A stretch of DNA of 63,789 bases, the filler included, from Octopus bimaculoides (lineage: Eukaryota), in NCBI RefSeq assembly GCF_001194135.2. It is 6 parts of 5 records of this genome, joined end to end, with 100 filler letters (N's around TTAATTAATTAA, not from the genome) between each part and the next. Parts side by side here need not be neighbours in the genome. Positions count along the whole stretch, not along the records: positions 34,396 to 42,906 come from NC_068983.1; positions 43,007 to 59,882 come from NC_068995.1; 4 more parts are not named here. One strand, 5' to 3'. A program made the position numbers and the translations under genes. Shown one piece after another: positions 36,973 through 49,092 of this stretch; the first letter of the stretch is position 1; each line of letters begins with the position of its first letter. The notes under the pieces were generated by a model that was given only the letters and a program-made list of their open reading frames with translations, searched no databases and had not been told where the DNA came from.

Positions 36973-38185
36973 AAATTAAGATAAAATTCTTTTTTAATCT
37001 AAAATATTCTCTTCTTCATTTTCTATAATGCTCTTCAATCTATCTGGTAGACTTGCAAGGCCCCTCTTCCAAAATTCATTTGTCTGTGACGAAAAATACT
37101 CCTCCACTACAGTTCTGGCTTCATCTACATAAATCATATTTTCCGTCCATATGATTTTTAAGACAGCAGAATAAATGATAATCAGATGGGGTAATGTTTG
37201 GCAAATATGGTGGGTGAAGCATCATTTCCCATTCAAACTGATCCACCCTTTGGAATGTCATCTTTGCTGTATGTGGCCGAGCATTATTCTGATGGAAGAA
37301 CACCAGTGCTGACTTAAGCAGCTCAAGATGCTTGCAGTAGATCCCCTTTGTTATCATTTGGATTAGGTTTAAAAGTTCAAAGTGGACTAAACCTTTCATA
37401 TCCCACCAAACATAACACCTTACGTGGGTGAAGACCCACTTTAGCCTGGGGTGCCAGTGTTTCTTCAGTGCTTGACATTTTTATAGAGAACCCATTTCTT
37501 GTCACCAGTCACTATTCAGTCCAAAAGAGGTTCATTCATGAGATGTGACAGCAAAGAAAAGCACACATTCACTCTATGTGCATGCCATCGGAAAAGTCAG
37601 CAAATTGGGTCAAGGGATTCCTCACAAACTTTCCATGGAAAGTTTGTGAGGAATCCCTTGACCCAATTTGCTGACTTTTCTGATAGCATGCAGGTGTCAA
37701 TGAATGATTGAATGACCAAATCGAAGCTTCTCTGCTAGTTCCTCAACAATTATGATGGGATTTTGTTCCACCAGAGTTTGCAGGACGTCCTCGTCGAGCT
37801 CTACTGATCTTCCAGGATGAGGTTCATCTTCTAGGCTGTAGTTTCTGGCTTGGAATTTCTGGAACCACCGTTGACACTGGCTTACACTTATTGTTTGGTC
37901 CCCATCTACTGCATTAATGTTCCTCACACTTTCTGTTGCATTGTTGCCTTTATTGAACTCATAAAGCAAAATATGCCGAATATGCTCCTTTGTCACTTCC
38001 ATTATAGCTTTGAAAAAATAACTTAAAATCAAACTGCACTCTTCAAAACTTGCACTAAGAATAAGGACAAGATAAAATTACTACCTACTTTTATAGCAAG
38101 TTGATGCAGGTAGTCTATCCCATCACCCTCTGACTTTTAGTTCAGGCAATTGAAAAAAAAGCATTATTTATGGGATAACCTAATA
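36973..38185 (-). mobile_element. Mariner (DD34D) transposon, near full length, inactivated
   Basis: MEVTKEHIRHILLYEF...RWFQKF...GRSVELD, IVTGDKKWVLY, VWWD, HQNNARPH, HPPYLPNITPSDYHLF and the C-terminus FWKRGLASLPDRLKSII. TIR TA|TTAGGTTATCCCATAAATAATGC ends at 38183-38185; the other TIR falls in the gap. Confidence 0.92.
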
Positions 38186-38629
38186 TATGTATAGAAATAT
38201 CGCATTTCTAAATCTCTCAGAGAAATTTATACAGTAGCAGCAAGATAAGGTGTTGTTATGTTGCCAACTTAATGTGGCAGTCTCATGAAAGGGAAGAATG
38301 CTACTGCTATTTATCCTTAAGAAACACTGTTTCNNNNNNNNNNATATATATATATATATATATATATATGGTGTCATAAATAGTATGCTTTCTCCTATTC
38401 TTAAGTTGGTTTACTTTTGTAATTTTTTTACAATATACATGCATGGTGTCATATTTTCATTGTAAGTGACTGTTCTTGTCTGATTTCTTGATTTACTGCT
38501 ATTTTCACTTCTACTGGTAGATTGTTGATATAAAAAGTTTTCTGCAATAGCTAAACTGCTTTTGTTTTCTCTTATAAATTACCAGTCATAGTAGCAAGTT
38601 TTGTCCGATCTTTTTCCCTGCTATACTAT

Positions 38630-41600
38630 AGCTACATATTTCAATAAATGTTAAATGCTTAAATACATTAAAACTATTTTTAATATTGCTTGCTGGAATC
38701 AGGAGTAGGGGGGAGACCTTACATACGGTAATTATTATATGCTACCAAATGTTGTAGTATAAAGCCTGTTGCATTTGTTTAGAGATTTTACCTCTTAAAT
38801 AACATTTAAGCCAGAATCTTTAAAATTACTTGAGTAATGAATGACATCAGCAAAAAATACTTGCAACAGTTAACATCAAAAGTTTCTATCAGAATCAATT
38901 ACTCAAACTTGATGTCTGCATAAGATTATATAAAAGATATGTAGATATAAGATTATGCACATTCACTATGTGTAAACTTGCCTACAATACTGAAAGCACT
39001 ACAGTAGTTAATGATCAATGTTCATTAGAATAAAACTTTAACCTGGAATATTTGGTTTGTCTTAAAAATCTTTTTGAGCTCTGAAATTGATAATTGAACA
39101 CAGCAGTTTCTAACCATTAGAGCAATCAACATAGGGGGATCTCTGTATATATGTAAAACAAGATTCCAAGTGGTTTTCCATTATAACAAATTAATTTATA
39201 CATTACAGAACCCTGTTTTTGTTCGAAGAGTAATTTAGAAGAATAACTGAATTGTACAAACTCTTTTTTCACACTTCCACTTCTTCAAGATTCAAAACAA
39301 CACTGGAAGATCCCTTTACATTATCATCAGATTTAAGTAATTTAAATAGGAACCATTCCACAGTATTTTGTTCACACAAAAATCAAAAATAAAGTTTATT
39401 TGGAAAAAAATTCTTATTAATTTTTTGTATAATAGTCATAGTGTATGAAAACAGGAAAAATGATTGTTGGTCTACTGCTGCTTATGCATAAATTATCATA
39501 ATTTTCATAATTTCTAATTTTGCCCGTTGTGGAGGGGAAAATGTTATTTTGCTAGACAAAAATAGAAAAAAACTTTAACTAGTTAAAAGTACTGGTACAT
39601 GGACTCCTCAAGGGAACAAATATTCAGTAGATATTGAAAACCCAAATCTGCTTCAGAGAAACAGCAGTGTTACTTTTCCAATAAATGATTTTTTCCTCCA
39701 CAACATTTTAAGGATTTTAAGTTTTGTTAGTTCTCGTACAAATGGTCAATTCAGAACTGACATTTCAGAATCTCAGTTTTTAGGCCAGAGCTACTCAATA
39801 ATCCTTTCTAGTCTAGGTACAAGGCCTGAAATTTAGTGGGAGGGGGCCAATCAATTAGATAAACCCCAATACACAACTGGTACTTAATTTATCAACCCCG
39901 AAAGGATGAAAGGCAAAGTCGACCCTGGCGAAATTTGAACTCAGAAAGTAATGGCAGACGAAATACCGCAAAGCATATAGCCCGGCGTGCTAACGTTTCT
40001 GCCAGCTCATCACCTTAAGAGTTACTCAATAATGCTTTCAAAATGACCAGATATTTTTTTTTTGTTCCATCCAAAGTACATAAGTATTTTTTTTTTTGCT
40101 GTGGAGGGTAAGTCTGTTGTAGAAAAAGTGTGAAGTCCTAAAGCAAACAGTCTGCAATCTTGAACAGATACATTGTGTAGATAGAGAATGTCCAAAATGT
40201 GGAGTTACTGAGCCAGTAGATGAAGTATTTGCTGATGCTAATGAAGATTTCATGGTATTTCATTATCAGGAGCTGATTCGCAAAGATAAGTAAGTGAGAA
40301 AGCTGTTGCAGGAATGCACAATTGCTGAGGCAAAAGAAGATCTTGTGGAGCAACCACAGCCAATTAGCAGATACATTTACAACATTAAGTGGCAGTTTGC
40401 AGAGCTTGAGTTCCTAAAAGAAAACCTGAAAACTGGTGAAGTAATCATACAAGATTTTTCAGAAAATTTTCAACAGAAGCACCAGAAATAAGTGATGGCA
40501 GCTCACTGGTCCAGCGACATGGTCACTCTCTTCACTGCCATGGCTTGCTTCAAGGGTGAAGAAGGTGAACTTGAGTATGCATCACATGTAGTTGTTTCTG
40601 ATGAAATGAAGTATGAAAAGCTCAGTGTCTATGCTTTCAACACAGCCATTATCAATGAGGCTAAGCAGTTAAATTAGGTCTACAAAATACACTATTGATG
40701 GTGCTGGCTCTCACTTCAAAAACAAGTACACCCTGGCGAACTTACTTTATCATGAGCATGAATTTGGTGCAGAAGCTTCATGGTCATTTTTTGAGTCAAG
40801 AGTGCAGTTTGGCGATCTATTTTGCAAAATAAAGAGGTTGTGACAAATGCAACAGACTTCTATTGTGTGACCAAGAAAGTGCGCAAAATTCATGTTTTTT
40901 GTTCCACAATCCTCTATCAACAGCCACTCAAAGAAGTTGGAGCAAAGAGGGACTGATTGCAGGGCAATACCAAATACTCATGCCATCCACTTCGTTGCAA
41001 AAGCTGATGCTGGCTCAATCATCACTGCTAAAAGCTCCCAATTCAAAGTCCAAGAACCATGCACAGAATTCACTTTGTTACCAACACTTGAGCGAACTAG
41101 ATCAACCCCAACAACACCAGCAGTTCCTGTAGAGCCAGGTTGTATCACAGTGCATGTGGAGCAGTACTACACTGTCATCTATCTTTGCCAGTTCTACATT
41201 GGCAAGGCCCTAGAACATGTCTCTGGTTGTATGATTAAGTTCAAGTTTCTTCATAGATCTGTTGTTGCTGGTATCAACACATTTAACTGGCCCAGAAGGG
41301 ATGATATTGACACTTGTCATACAAATAATAAGTTCTATGGTCCTATCCAGTTGGTTAGTACTGGGCCTTTTACAGTTGTTGAGCTGGAAAACATCAAGAA
41401 AGCATTTGCTCTTCTCACAAAAAGCTACTGTAAAAATATTTGTTGAGCTGGAGAACGCAGGAGGCTCTTTTTTTTTCAAGCAGATCATTGTCCCGAGTGT
41501 GTTTTTAAAGGATATTTTTTAAATATTCTGGCTTAAAAAACAAAACTTATACCCCTTTGATTAGCAATTTGATGAGGAGTGATTTTTATAAACAGTCAGA

Positions 41601-41700
41601 CTTTGTATACAATTCCATATTTATTATATATAATTATTCAAAATTTTTATATTTAATAACTTGCATTTTTAGATTAACTTTAACAAAATTGAAAAGGAGC
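38630..41700 (+). mobile_element. Decayed DDE DNA transposon, Sola-like (subgroup uncertain), with degenerate long inverted ends
   Basis: Broken ORF at about 40100-41446: CVDRECPKCG, QDFSENF, AAHW..VTLF, VVSDEMKY, DGAGSHFKNK, WSFFES. Partial inverted similarity between 38630-38830 and 41500-41700 (e.g. ttaagccagaat/attctggcttaa). The superfamily call is from motif memory only. Confidence 0.55.
39809..40018 (-). mobile_element. SINE family B inserted into the Sola-like element, with 21-bp TSD
   Basis: Flanked by gagctactcaataatcctttc (39788-39808) and gagttactcaataatgctttc (40019-40039). Confidence 0.9.
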
Positions 41701-42692
41701 TAGAGTGTGTGATACATGTATTTGGTCAGTATAATAACTCCATGTGCACAATAAGTTTAGACTGAGTGTTCTTAAATAATTATTTATAATATTTTCATTA
41801 ATTTATGCTCATCTGTATATATTTATTTTCTAGATTCTCATTTTAAAGCTAAATGTAGATTTGCTCCAAACTGTGTGGAAATTTACGAAAACTTGGCACA
41901 GTTGAAACGAATTTGGAAATTAAAGTATATTGTTGATACACTGGCATTATAAATGTTTAATTTATAAGAAGTTATTGAAGTGGAAACATTTTCCCCTCCG
42001 CAACAGTATGCTGTTCGACAAAGTGCTGCCCCACTTAAAAAACCTGAAAGAAAGAGATTTCTTTCTCTTCTCTTTTTGACAAACAGAATATTGTAATTCA
42101 GCATTCAATTAGTTTTTGTGTATTGCTTCAAGATTCAGAGAATTTTGAAAGTGAAATTAAAGCGTTAGAAAAAGGAAATTTTGTTCTTCTCTGCAATGGG
42201 ACACATTTCGTGTTCTACAGCATCAGAAGATCATCATATAAAAAAAGTCACACAGTGGCACAAGTGACTTTGTAAAAACTAGAAGCTTCACTGCCCAGAC
42301 AGACTCAAATATCAAAATGTTAAGAAATTATTATGAGAAAAGCACTTTTGATTTTCCCCTCCCGAATATACAGAATACTGTGGAACATACCATAGACTAA
42401 AGAATTAAAATGAATTGCTAAATATCTGACACAGGCAAAAATTATATTGTCCATAAGGAGCCATAAATGCTTTTCTTTTAAATTTCGAACATGAAAAGGA
42501 GGTTTGAGTTTAATAAAGGCTACCAATAATTCCAGATCAGGATTCTTGATGATGATTATTACACTCAACAGTCATTGCCACTATAGGGCTTTCCTATAAG
42601 TAGGTTATCTCCCTTGGCTAAGTGGCGCTCCATGTAGATAATTAAACTTCCGGAGGCTAACCCACGCCATTGTTATTGTTTTACGTCTTATC

Positions 42693-42848
42693 ATGGATAT
42701 AAAGCAGCTTGATGATTCAGCTATCGAAGTACTTACTGTGCCTGAGTTAAAGAAATATTTAAGATTATATGGACAGTATGTTACTGGAAGAAAGGCGGAC
42801 TTGATTGAAAGGTTGAAAGGTATAAAAATTCTGTCGATATGTCAATAA
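42693..42848 (+). pseudogene. 51-aa ORF encoding a SAP domain, probably the frameshifted N-terminus of a larger mobile-element gene running into the gap
   Basis: Hand translation: MDIKQLDDSAIEVLTVPELKKYLRLYGQYVTGRKADLIERLKGIKILSICQ*. LTVPELKKYLR..G..VTGRKADLIERL fits the SAP consensus. Another frame stays open (NKVNSSDDKSEVSDDTSDRNK) up to the gap. Confidence 0.65.
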
Positions 42849-43006
42849 AGTAAATTCATCGGACGATAAGTCTGAAGTATCGGACGATACTTCAGACAGG
42901 AATAAGNNNNNNNNNNNNNNNNNNNNNNNNNNNNNNNNNNNNNNNNNNNNTTAATTAATTAANNNNNNNNNNNNNNNNNNNNNNNNNNNNNNNNNNNNNN
43001 NNNNNN

Positions 43007-45571
43007 TATATAATGATTGATTCATCTTGACAGATGATAGCCTTCCCATCAACATACACACCACAACCCCACCACACACCACAATCCCTCCAACGGAGAT
43101 GACTTTTAAGACCAGCTGCTGACTGACAGGGTTTAAAACACAAGTGACAAATATTATTCAAGTTTCTTCTATACCTTTGCCTTTTGGAATCTGACCCTGA
43201 AGGAATGTTTTTGTGAACTAGCATGTCTTTTAAGTTCAGATATAGTCTTACAAGTTTTGTGAAATATGACACAAGTCGTAAAAGGCGGTTAGTGTTCAAG
43301 ATTATTACTTACCTGGGTATATCAATTTTCGTGTGACTTCATATGATTCACGTATCTTGCTTTTAACAACAGAACACGATCACACATAATACATATCCAA
43401 TGGTCACTGTTGATTTCAGTTCCAATTCTTCCTTTGCGACAGGCCCTTTTAAACTCAGATTGCTAAATCACCTTTTCCTCCCAGGCATCGCAACCAATCC
43501 TAGCAGCATCTATCCACTAGTTCCGATCTAGAACATCAATTTCCCAATCACTTTTGTTCGTATCTAGCTTCTTCAGGTTTTCCTTCACACATACTTCATA
43601 CCTTTTCCTCGGTTTATGTTTTGGTCGCTTACAAAAAAGACGCTTAGCGATCGTTTATCTTTCATTCTAATAATACGTCCAGCCCATCTCATTTGAGCCA
43701 AGATAACATGTTTTCAAGTAAGCTACAACGCGCCATACGCAAAACTTCTGTATCTGGTATGAAGCATTTCCACTTGATTCCCAAGATACATCTGAGGTAC
43801 TTTTGATGAAATCTCTCCAGTATTTTGATATGACGTCTGTAATTGGTCCTGGTCTCACTTGAATAAAGAAGTGCGGTCAATGCCCACGTTTTACAGACAC
43901 TGATTTTTGTCTGTAGGGAAATACCTCTATCCGCCCATACTCGCTTTTAGAGCTTTCCAAATGCAACACTTCCCTTCCCTATTTGATAACATCTCTGCAT
44001 CAAGACCAATATCTCTTGACAGTGCGCTTCCAAGGTAAACAAATGTATCAATGACTTCTAACCTTGTTCCATTCCCAAAAAATGTTTGGTTCAGAATATG
44101 TTTGTCTTGGTGCGTAAGTAAACATTTCTTTGGTTTTCCCAAAACTAATTCTGAATCCGAAATGTACACATGCAGTGGAAAATCTGTCCATTATATGTTT
44201 TATATCCCTCTCTGAGTGTGTCAGCAAATAAGCATTATCAGCATAAAGTAATTCCCTAAAAAGTGTTTTGAAAGTTTTTGCTTTGCAGTTAAACCGGGTC
44301 AGATTAAAAATGCGACCAGATGTCCGAAATCTGATTCCGATTCCTCTGTTGCAATCCTTGGAAGCATACCAAAGCAATGCAGCAAAATAAATAAAGAAAA
44401 ATGTAGGGGCGGCAATGCTTCCCTGTTTGATACCGTTGTCCACCGAAAATTCATTAGATAGCTCACCATTAAAGACTACAAGAGCTTTCATGTTTCTGTG
44501 CAGTTTCTTGAAGATGCTCACAAAATGTGTTAGACAACCAAATTTACACAAAACAATCCACAGTGCTTTCCTGTTTACCGTATTAAATGCCTTTGTTAAA
44601 TCTATGAAGACCTGGTATAGTGGCATTTGTTCCTCTAAACATTTCTCCTGATCCTACCTCGCAGAAAATATCACGTCCATTGTTCTTCGCTCAGGCCTGA
44701 AACCACACTGTTCTTCAGAATCACGTGCGGACACATTCTCAACGAGGCAATTTAACATGAACCTTGGAAGTATCTTCCCGGTATCTGCTAGGAGAGTTAT
44801 CCTTCTAGAATTACCATACACTGCTTTTGAGACCTTACCCTTGTATAGAGATTAGAATGCCATTTATCTATTCCTGTAGCATAAAAGATTCATTCCAAAC
44901 TCGAGTTATCAGATTATGAATTTCAGATGAAATATGATCCCCACCTGCTTTCAGAATTTCAGCTGGAATACCATCCAATCCAGGAACATTGCCTGATCTC
45001 AGTTTACATAATGCCAGATTTACTTCTTCAATGGAAGATGTATCGTTCATGTGTTGCACTATCTCTCTTTGTGGAATGTTGTTTATGATATCCATGTTCA
45101 CTACAAGATGTGGTGGAAAAGATCTTAAAAGTGTTCTCTCCATCTATTCATTATTCTAGGAAGATCTTTAATAACCTTATTTCCATCTTTTCACTTCAAG
45201 GGAACATTTGATGAAGATTGGGGCCCAAAAGCATTCTGCAATAAACTATAAAAACTTTTAATGTCTTTCTTGTCATAGGCTGCCTGTACTTCCTCAGACA
45301 AACTTAAACCTCCTGAGTTCATTTTGCACGTCTACTTTCTGAGACTTGTACAACTTTTCTACTTGCACTTTGTTCTTTACGTTTGGGTCAAGAAGCTTTT
45401 TTTTACCCTAAGTTAGCTCTTAGCTCCTAAGTTACAAGAGCTGTTCTTCTTTCAGGCCTATCTGCTCGATATAAAAGGGTTCTCACATTCCAACAGGCTA
45501 GGATAAGAAAACCCTTATTCCTTGCATAGTTATTATCATTATTTATATCAATTCTTTGTTCATACCTGCTA
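43007..45571 (-). mobile_element. RTE-clade LINE, degenerate, with most of the APE endonuclease deleted
   Basis: ACWNVRTL (EN start), PGLDGIPAE, GFRPERRTMD, FIDLTKAFNTVNR, GIKQG, LLYADN, FVYLGS, FHQKYLRCILGIKW, and a C-terminal C2H2 finger CHLCFKPCQSAAGLKSHLR. Confidence 0.9.
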
Positions 45572-46360
45572 NNNNNNNNNNNNNNNNNNNNNNNNNNNNN
45601 NNNNNNNNNNNNNNNNNNNNNNNNNNNNNNNNNNNNNNNNNNNNNNNNNNNNNNNNNNNNNNNNNNNNNNNNNNNNNNNNNNNNNNNNNNNNNNNNNNNN
45701 NNNNNNNNNNNNNNNNNNNNNNNNNNNNNNNNNNNNNNNNNNNNNNNNNNNNNNNNNNNNNNNNNNNNNNNNNNNNNNNNNNNNNNNNNNNNNNNNNNNN
45801 NNNNNNNNNNNNNNNNNNNNNNNNNNNNNNNNNNNNNNNNNNNNNNNNNNNNNNNNNNNNNNNNNNNNNNNNNNNNNNNNNNNNNNNNNNNNNNNNNNNN
45901 NNNNNNNNNNNNNNNNNNNNNNNNNNNNNNNNNNNNNNNNNNNNNNNNNNNNNNNNNNNNNNNNNNNNNNNNNNNNNNNNNNNNNNNNNNNNNNNNNNNN
46001 NNNNNNNNNNNNNNNNNNNNNNNNNNNNNNNNNNNNNNNNNNNNNNNNNNNNNNNNNNNNNNNNNNNNNNNNNNNNNNNNNNNNNNNNNNNNNNNNNNNN
46101 NNNNNNNNNNNNNNNNNNNNNNNNNNNNNNNNNNNNNNNNNNNNNNNNNNNNNNNNNNNNNNNNNNNNNNNNNNNNNNNNNNNNNNNNNNNNNNNNNNNN
46201 NNNNNNNNNNNNNNNNNNNNNNNNCACCACGGCTAATGAGCCTCATCTACCCACCCACCACCACCACCACCACCACCACACGCAGAAACAATATATACAT
46301 ATGTTCACAAAGAGAAAAAAGAAAAACGATATATATATATATATATATACACACACAAAC

Positions 46361-46511
46361 ACGACCGGGTTTCTTTCAGTTTCCGTCTACCAAATTCACC
46401 CCCAAGGCTGTGGTCAGCCTGAGGCTCTTGTAGAAGACACTTGCCCACATGCAGTAGAACTGGACCCGGAACCATGTAGTTGCGAAGTAAACTTGTAACC
46501 ACACAGCCACG
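46361..46511 (-). mobile_element. SINE family A head
   Basis: Reverse-complement match including the A and B boxes. Confidence 0.85.
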
Positions 46512-47582
46512 TCTGATTTACTGCTACAAACCAAGGGAAAGCCAAATTTAGTAAATCTCGCCAAATTCCATACGTTTCATTGAACGATTCAGGTGTAAAA
46601 ATTTACTAAATCTGTATATTGCTGTTTAATAAAGCCTTCACTCGTTAAACTTTGTAGTCACGGTCAATCTCGATGTATGTGTGTATGCATATATTTGCGT
46701 GTTAATTTATAAACTCATCAGGGTGGTGCTGTAGCATGGCCGCAGTCCAATGACTGAAATAAGTAAAATGTAAAAGTTAAAAGGTATGCGTGTATGTGTG
46801 TATGCATACATATATGCATACATACATGCATACAAACATACACACATACATACATACACACACGTTTACACACGCATACATATGTATGTACGTGCCCGCG
46901 TGTACAATTTGCATTCATTTTATGTACCAGCTGAAGATTACTCACAATGCTGGATAGTGATTGGTTGGAACCAGTGACCGTTAGTTGTGCGAAACCATTA
47001 GAATGGAATTGATATTTAATTTCACACACGCGCGCGCGTAAATATACACACGTACGCACATACATATATACATACATACATACATACATACACGCATACA
47101 AACACATACACCAAAGTATACACGGATATGAACACATATACGCACGTCACTTGAAAATTATTAGTGCATTATTCATATCACGGTGTTTATCGCACACACC
47201 GAAGGATATCAATATTAAAAGTTCATTTAGAAAATGGAATTGAAACGTTACCAAACCATTATGTAGATTGAAAGATTTTCGACTGCCTTCGGCTATTTTC
47301 AAAGACAGCTGCCAACTCTTTCAGTAATATTAAGACCACCCGTGGAGAAAGTATAAGAAATACCTGCTATGGTACGAAGTGTGTGTATTTATACGCACAT
47401 GTATGAGTGTATCTATATGTGTATTATACACAGATGTATTTGCGTCCGTATGCGTGTATACGCACAGGTAATTATACGAATTTATCTGTGTATGTGCGTG
47501 TTCATTGTAGTACATGTACACGCGCGCGTATATATAGATATATGAATGCATTCATCTTGATTGCATTATATATGTATGTATG

Positions 47583-47629
<47 letters not shown>

Positions 47630-47838
47630 GTATGTATTATGTAATTATGAATGTATGTATGCATGTATGTATGCATGTATGTATGCATACGCATATGTAT
47701 ATGTATATGTGCGTGTATGTATGTGTATATATACATATATGTATGAACAGTAAAAGAACGACAAAATAAAAAGGCAATACAGGAACACAGGCTTTAAGAA
47801 ACGCTATATTAGTTTAACTCTTTAGTGGAACGGAAAGA

Positions 47839-47876
47839 CTCCTAACGTTTCGGACTTTAGTTCTTCATCAGAAGAA
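47839..47876 (-). ncRNA. Minimal hammerhead ribozyme, Penelope type
   Basis: Reverse complement: ttctt-CTGATGA-a gaac taaa gtcc-GAAAC-GT-T-aggag. Canonical core, palindromic minimal stem III, one mismatch in stem II. Confidence 0.62.
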
Positions 47877-48361
47877 ACAGAAAAGTGTATGAAGGGTGGG
47901 AGAAAGAAATAGTGAGAGAGAAGATGGAGAAGGGTTACAATCCACTTAGAAATGCGGCTCTATCATGGGGCGATGTGGTGGATTTAACAAGGAAGGAGCG
48001 GATGTGTGCATGTGCAAATGCAGAAGTATTTGGATTTGAACATATGGGGGAAGTGTAGTAGCTGAGGTAAGAGTGTGTGTGTGTGTGTGATGTGTTGCTG
48101 TATATGATGTGTTGTATGTGTGTGTGTAATTTTTATGTATGTATAGGGAAAACATGGATGCAGATAAGTGGGAGCAGTCGTTGGTGTATAATAGAAAGAA
48201 AGGCAAGAAGAGTGTGGAAGGTGAAATGAAAATATGCATAATGGTATGTGTGTGATTCTCTTTTACATAGAAGGAAGTGGTGAAGTAAAAGGTGCGAAAG
48301 TGAGAAGGGTGCGAGTCTTAGTACACATACATGCATGAAAATATATATATACATATGTGCA

Positions 48362-48406
<45 letters not shown>

Positions 48407-49092
48407 TTAGGGAAAATAACCAATTCTCAAGAACTCATCGATGAAAATCCACTATCACATATAGAAAAATTAATAATTAAAAGCACAATAAATGAGTATA
48501 ATATAGCTTTAACTATTACACCGGTTAAATATGTACTAATTTTATCTTCATTATTATTTTAAACTTAAACTTCGTTCAACTTGTATTTAAAACAATGATA
48601 ATTTAAAACAATGATAATTTAGGAAAGATGTTTTTTNNNNNNNNNNNNNNNNNNNNNNNNNNNNNNNNNNNNNNNNNNNNNNNNNNNNNNNNNNNNNNNN
48701 NNNNNNNNNNNNNNNNNNNNNNNNNNNNNNNNNNNNNNNNNNNNNNNNNNNNNNNNNNNNNNNNNNNNNNNNNNNNNNNNNNNNNNNNNNNNNNNNNNNN
48801 NNNNNNNNNNNNNNNNNNNNNNNNNNNNNNNNNNNNNNNNNNNNNNNNNNNNNNNNNNNNNNNNNNNNNNNNNNNNNNNNNNNNNNNNNNNNNNNNNNNN
48901 NNNNNNNNNNNNNNNNNNNNNNNNNNNNNNNNNNNNNNNNNNNNNNNNNNNNNNNNNNNNNNNNNNNNNNNNNNNNNNNNNNNNNNNNNNNNNNNNNNNN
49001 NNNNNNNNNNNNNNNNNNNNNNNNNNNNNNNNNNNNNNNNNNNNNNNNNNNNNNNNNNNNNNNNNNNNNNNNNNNNNNNNNNNNNNNNNNNN

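Noticed and set aside
47268-47305. Minus-strand TTGAAAAT-agcc gaa ggc-agtcGAAA motif
   Set aside because: Too many core deviations and no stem I or III pairing.
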